This document shows, piece after piece, positions 59,990 to 64,000 of a DNA stretch of 64,000 nt (the first letter of the stretch is position 1; each line of letters starts with the position of its first letter). The stretch is from assembly GCA_028715645.1 (NCBI GenBank), contig JAQURK010000001.1, positions 17,806 to 81,805 of the forward strand, read 5' to 3'. The position numbers were made by a program, and so were the translations under genes. The DNA comes from Candidatus Omnitrophota bacterium (GTDB taxonomy: Bacteria; Omnitrophota; Gorgyraeia; JABMQH01). Below the pieces are notes generated by a model. The model saw nothing but the letters and a program-made list of their open reading frames with translations. It ran no database searches and had not been told where the DNA came from.

Positions 59990-60960
59990 ATTTGCCTAAA
60001 AATTTTCTTATACCAGTTTATGGTTAATGTCAGTCCCCTGTCTAATGAATATACCGGCTTCCATCCCAAGACCCTCCTGGCCTTTTTCGCAGACAGGTAC
60101 TGTTTTTTTATTTCGTATCTTGCCTTATTAATAACCTTGCAATTTAATTTTTTATTGGCTGATCTATAAATCTTCTTTGTCAATCCCAGCACCGAAATCG
60201 GATCTTCATTGCTAAAATTAAAGGCCTCCCCATAGATCCCCTTCTTAACCATCCTTTCCGCCAGCATGATGTAGCCGTTTACAATATCGCCTATGTATAC
60301 ATAATCCCTTATGAATTTACCATCGCTTCGTATCAACAGCGTCTCATTGGTAATAGCGCAGCGTATGGCATCCGGCACGAGTCTGGAAAAATGAAAATCC
60401 CCTTCTCCGTAAATATTTCCGCACCTGGTAATGCAGACAGGGACATTATAGGTATTAAAATATGTATAGGCCAGCAAATCAGCGCAGCTCTTGGATACAT
60501 CGTAAGGATGAGCGCCCTTAAGCGACGCTTCTTCGGTATAGGGTAGTTTCTTGTGCGCACCGTAAGCCTTATCGCTGGAGGCTATCACAACGGCTTCTAT
60601 AAATTTTTTATTACGGGATGCCTCTAAAATATTCCATGTGCCTTCTATATTTGATTTGAAGGCCTTGACAGGTTTTTTATTTGCTTCGCCGACAATCGCC
60701 TCGGCCGCCAGATGAAAAATCACCTCTGGTTTATGCCTGGCTATAATGCGGTTTATAAGCCTCATATCCGCGACATCACCTTTTACGCAAATAATATTCC
60801 TCCTTGAATCCTCCAGTATGGAGATAGGCCTGTTAATTACTTTGTCTACGCCAATTACAGCGGCCCCGCGCTTCAAAAGCGCCCTGGCAAGCCATGATCC
60901 CAAAAACCCTTCATGCCCCGTTATCAGCACCTTCTTATTTTCCCAAAACTTATTCGGCAT
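59986..60960 (-). CDS. ddhB: CDP-glucose 4,6-dehydratase-like SDR
   Basis: VLITGHEGFLGSWLARAL resembles the RfbG GHTGFKGSWL signature. YDVSK catalytic motif. Adjacent to rfbF. Confidence 0.75.
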   Translation of the reverse strand: MPNKFWENKKVLITGHEGFLGSWLARALLKRGAAVIGVDKVINRPISILEDSRRNIICVKGDVADMRLINRIIARHKPEVIFHLAAEAIVGEANKKPVKAFKSNIEGTWNILEASRNKKFIEAVVIASSDKAYGAHKKLPYTEEASLKGAHPYDVSKSCADLLAYTYFNTYNVPVCITRCGNIYGEGDFHFSRLVPDAIRCAITNETLLIRSDGKFIRDYVYIGDIVNGYIMLAERMVKKGIYGEAFNFSNEDPISVLGLTKKIYRSANKKLNCKVINKARYEIKKQYLSAKKARRVLGWKPVYSLDRGLTLTINWYKKIFRQI

Positions 60961-60961
60961 T

Positions 60962-61738
60962 TTAGCTCCAAACCTTCCAGGGGGCGCATCCTGATTGCCA
61001 GAGTTTTTCCAGCTCTATCCTATCCCTTAGGGTATCCATGCATTTCCAGAATCCGCTATGCTTATAGGCGGCCAATTGGCCATCTCTCACTAGGCCTTCG
61101 AGCGGCTCTCTTTCCCATATCGTGGCATCGCCCTCTTTTATGTAGTTAAATATCTCCGGGTCCAAAACAAAAAATCCGGCATTTATCCAGCTGTCCTCTC
61201 CCCTCGGTTTTTCAAGAAACGATTTCACGCTGTTATTATCACGAATATCCAAAATGCCGAATCTGCCGGTTGTTTGAACAGCGGTCAATGTAGCAAGTCC
61301 TTTATTCTTTCTGTGGGCCTTGATAAGGGCCTTTATATCTATATCCGCTACCCCATCGCCATAGGTCAGCATAAATGTCTCATCACCGATATACCTCTCA
61401 ACCCTTTTTAACCTTCCGCCCGTCAGCGTCTCGCCTCCCGTATCCACCAGCGTAACCTTCCATGGTTCGGATGCCGTCTGATGTACTTTCATTTTATTTG
61501 ATGTAAGGTCGATAGTTACATCAGTCATATGCAAAAAATAGTGCGAAAAATATTCCTTTATGATATAACCGCGGTAACCCAGGCATATAATAAATTCGTT
61601 GACGCCGTAATGCGAGAATATCTTCATGATGTGCCATAGAATAGGTTTGCCTCCTATCTCTATCATAGGCTTTGGTATAACCTCTGTCTCTTCGCTAATC
61701 CTTGTCCCTCTTCCCCCTGCAAGCACAACTACTTTCAT
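60962..61738 (-). CDS. ddhA: Glucose-1-phosphate cytidylyltransferase
   Basis: MKVVVLAGGRGTRISEETEVIPKPMIEIGGKPILWHIMKIFSHYGVNEFIICLGYRGYIIKEYF, near-collinear with RfbF. Confidence 0.9.
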   Translation of the reverse strand: MKVVVLAGGRGTRISEETEVIPKPMIEIGGKPILWHIMKIFSHYGVNEFIICLGYRGYIIKEYFSHYFLHMTDVTIDLTSNKMKVHQTASEPWKVTLVDTGGETLTGGRLKRVERYIGDETFMLTYGDGVADIDIKALIKAHRKNKGLATLTAVQTTGRFGILDIRDNNSVKSFLEKPRGEDSWINAGFFVLDPEIFNYIKEGDATIWEREPLEGLVRDGQLAAYKHSGFWKCMDTLRDRIELEKLWQSGCAPWKVWS

Positions 61739-62730
61739 TTTTTACCTCCCATATCATCAGTTCCTTCATCATCCTCTTCTTTTAAGCGCCGGGAAGATAG
61801 GCCCTTAATAAAATAAACACCGTATGCCAGATGGGTTAAGATGATCCCGGCAAAAACTATAAATTTCAGTCTCAGCCTGCCCGCTTGTTTAAAAGAATAC
61901 AATAAACTCAAAAATACGTACAGTGCAATAGTGAATAGATAGAAATCCCTTACAAAGGGATCAAAAATCGCGATAATGCCTCCTGCGATTAGGCCCAGAA
62001 TAAAAAAACTCGGGATAAAATAGCTAATCTTAAGAGAGGTGGAAGGAAATCTCTTCGCAAAATAGCCTCTATGCAGGGCATAGTTTCTAATCTGTTTTAA
62101 GTGGGGAATAAATAACGGCCGCCTGTGATGATATACCAACACGTGCGGATCATATTCTATCTTCATTTTAAGCTCTTTTGTTATTTTAAGACATAACACC
62201 GTATCTTCTCCGGGCCAAAACGCCGTGTCAAATCCGCCTATTTTTTCGAATACATCCCGTCTTATAAGAAAATTACAGGAAGGATAGTCATCCAGATCGC
62301 ATCTGAATTTAGGTATATAACGCCTCATGTGTGGTCCGCTTACTAAAAACGAAGAATATACAAACCCGCTTGCCTTTCTCCTTAAACCGTCATCCTCCGG
62401 AGTAACCGCCGGGCCGCAGACCACGGCGACATCCGGATCTTTAAAATAGACAACGGCATTTCTTAACCAATCCCTCCTGGGAAAGGCGTCGTCATCCAAA
62501 AAGGCAAGGATATCCGATTCAAGGCCCTTTACGGCAAGGTCTCTTTTTTGGGCGGGGCCTACCTTTCCTGTGGGGACCACCCTTACCTTGTTCCTGTAAG
62601 GCAATTCGACCGGCTCATCCGGCAGTATAATTATTTCAAAATCAGGATAATCAAGTAAAAGGCAGTTCTCTATGCACTCCCTTAAATTTTTATTATCAGC
62701 CTTGATTGGTATAAGTATGGAAACTTTCAT
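61735..62730 (-). CDS. GT2 glycosyltransferase with C-terminal TM helices
   Basis: VSILIPIKADN...DDDAF motifs, hydrophobic C-terminus. Confidence 0.7.
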   Translation of the reverse strand: MKVSILIPIKADNKNLRECIENCLLLDYPDFEIIILPDEPVELPYRNKVRVVPTGKVGPAQKRDLAVKGLESDILAFLDDDAFPRRDWLRNAVVYFKDPDVAVVCGPAVTPEDDGLRRKASGFVYSSFLVSGPHMRRYIPKFRCDLDDYPSCNFLIRRDVFEKIGGFDTAFWPGEDTVLCLKITKELKMKIEYDPHVLVYHHRRPLFIPHLKQIRNYALHRGYFAKRFPSTSLKISYFIPSFFILGLIAGGIIAIFDPFVRDFYLFTIALYVFLSLLYSFKQAGRLRLKFIVFAGIILTHLAYGVYFIKGLSSRRLKEEDDEGTDDMGGKK

Positions 62731-62753
62731 AGATGCATCATTCCTGCCCCGTG

Positions 62754-63491
62754 TTATTCATAATAGCGCAAGATGTACATTCTGTACCATACCGCCATCG
62801 TATCCCACCAGGTGTCATAAATAGCTTTGATGCCGATCCTGCCCCAGTCTACTCTTTTATAATTCATGACTACAGGGGCCTCGGCTACTTTGTACCCAAA
62901 ATGATGCGCAAGAACCAGAAGTTCAAGGTCAGAGGCGAATTTTTTTACTAAGCTTTTTGGCATTACCTTTTCAAGTACGGCCCTTTTAAACAGCTTAAGG
63001 CCGGTCTGGGTATCCCTGATCGGGAGGCCGAACATAAGCTTTACCAGGAAGAAATATATGGAACTGACAATGCGCCTGTAAACGGGATATTCCAGTTTGG
63101 AATTAGGGTGCCTCTTTGAACCTATTACCACATCCGCCTCATCCAGCCGCAGAATATCAAAAAAGGTCTGGAGCTGTACGGGATGCAGATCCATATCTGA
63201 ATCAAGGAAAACCACATATTGCCCTTTTATATATCTGAAACCCTTTTTAAGCGCCCTGCCCTTTCCATAATTCTCCTTGTTTTGTATAACCGATATTTTA
63301 TCAAACATACCAGCCGCTCTTTGAGCCTCCTTATATGTATTATCCTCGCTTCCATCATCTACAACGACAATTTCATAATCACATCCAAACTCCTCAAAGG
63401 TTTCAGCTGTTTCTTTTATATTATTAAATATCTGCCTGCCTTCATTATGGGCGGGCATGATTACTGATATGGTCTCTTTTAAAAATTTCAT
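62754..63491 (-). CDS. GT2 polyprenyl-phosphate glycosyltransferase (DPM-like)
   Basis: ISVIMPAHNEG...IVVVDDGSEDNT and a DSD motif. Confidence 0.8.
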   Translation of the reverse strand: MKFLKETISVIMPAHNEGRQIFNNIKETAETFEEFGCDYEIVVVDDGSEDNTYKEAQRAAGMFDKISVIQNKENYGKGRALKKGFRYIKGQYVVFLDSDMDLHPVQLQTFFDILRLDEADVVIGSKRHPNSKLEYPVYRRIVSSIYFFLVKLMFGLPIRDTQTGLKLFKRAVLEKVMPKSLVKKFASDLELLVLAHHFGYKVAEAPVVMNYKRVDWGRIGIKAIYDTWWDTMAVWYRMYILRYYE

Positions 63492-63492
63492 A

Positions 63493-64000
63493 TTAACTGC
63501 CCTTCAAAGAAGATCTGAGATTAATTACAAACAAAACAAGCGAGTTAACGAGGAGTATGAATAAAACCTGCGATAGCGCGGCGTGGAAAATTAATATCGC
63601 TAAAACCTGCAGCATGCTAAACAGGACCAAACTTTTAAGAAACATAAATTTAGATACCGAAAGCTGATACAACAAAAGGACGGACAGCAACGAAAAGAAA
63701 ATCATTGCTATGCTAAATAACCGCCCCAAAAAAATTATCTCAAGGTTAACCTTCCCAGTCAAAATTTTCAAAAAGACCTCCGGAAAAATATTATACGCGA
63801 GCACGACACATAGGCATAAAAGAACAGTATATCCTAAACTCTTTAATAGCAAAAAGCGCGAATCTTTATTCTGCGCATGGAGACCTGCAGCGTGGGGAAA
63901 CATGACCGTGTAAATTGCCCCTGGTATAAAAAAAACCATCTTCCCTATTAACTGGGCCACGGAATAATAACCGGCCAGGATAGGATCAAAAAAATGTTTA
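63493..64000 (-). CDS. Polysaccharide flippase (Wzx/MOP-like), C-terminal part; gene continues beyond the window
   Basis: Polytopic hydrophobic C-terminus. The reading frame stays open past position 64000 (GTG at 63960 is internal). Confidence 0.55.
   Translation of the reverse strand, partial: KHFFDPILAGYYSVAQLIGKMVFFIPGAIYTVMFPHAAGLHAQNKDSRFLLLKSLGYTVLLCLCVVLAYNIFPEVFLKILTGKVNLEIIFLGRLFSIAMIFFSLLSVLLLYQLSVSKFMFLKSLVLFSMLQVLAILIFHAALSQVLFILLVNSLVLFVINLRSSLKGS

Overview
This 64-kb segment looks like part of a diderm (Gram-negative-type) bacterial chromosome. It is densely coded, GC is about 45-50%, and every credible gene lies on the minus strand. I could not support any tRNA, rRNA, CRISPR array, transposase or integrase.

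The window has two parts. The first part (1-23 kb) is housekeeping: a parvulin-type PPIase lipoprotein, an unusually short Mfd, argS, rsfS, a small zinc-ribbon protein, nadD, proA, an MFS-like transporter, secG-tpiA-pgk-gap, two tandem GalT-like HIT nucleotidyltransferases, a CBS-domain protein of unknown function, fmt-def, priA and a family-4 uracil-DNA glycosylase. The second part (23-64 kb) is one large LPS/glycan biosynthesis cluster. It holds gmhB, three GT9 heptosyltransferases, an O-antigen ligase, many GT2/GT4 enzymes, four polyprenyl-phosphate sugar synthases with two GT-C membrane transferases, gmd plus a Gmm-like Nudix, and the CDP-3,6-dideoxyhexose genes ddhA, ddhB and ddhC (E1).

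The most unusual content:
- Five radical-SAM enzymes (two B12-binding type, three SPASM/twitch type) sit inside the sugar cluster. They are accompanied by a TylC3-like C-methyltransferase, an acetolactate-synthase-like TPP enzyme (YerE-like), an HpcH aldolase, a HAD phosphatase and an MBL hydrolase. No precursor peptide ORF is nearby. This is a candidate undescribed pathway for a heavily tailored (branched or C-methylated) deoxysugar.
- A ~3-kb self-contained cassette is inserted at the 3' end of the MFS gene. It has its own consensus sigma70 promoter and an intrinsic terminator. It encodes an 896-aa secreted protein with two tandem repeats and BNR/Asp-box motifs. It is flanked by 45-bp imperfect direct repeats, one of which is the transporter gene's 3' end.
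- A 187-nt element immediately beside the cassette shows strong nested secondary structure. It may be an undescribed ncRNA or an element-associated structure.
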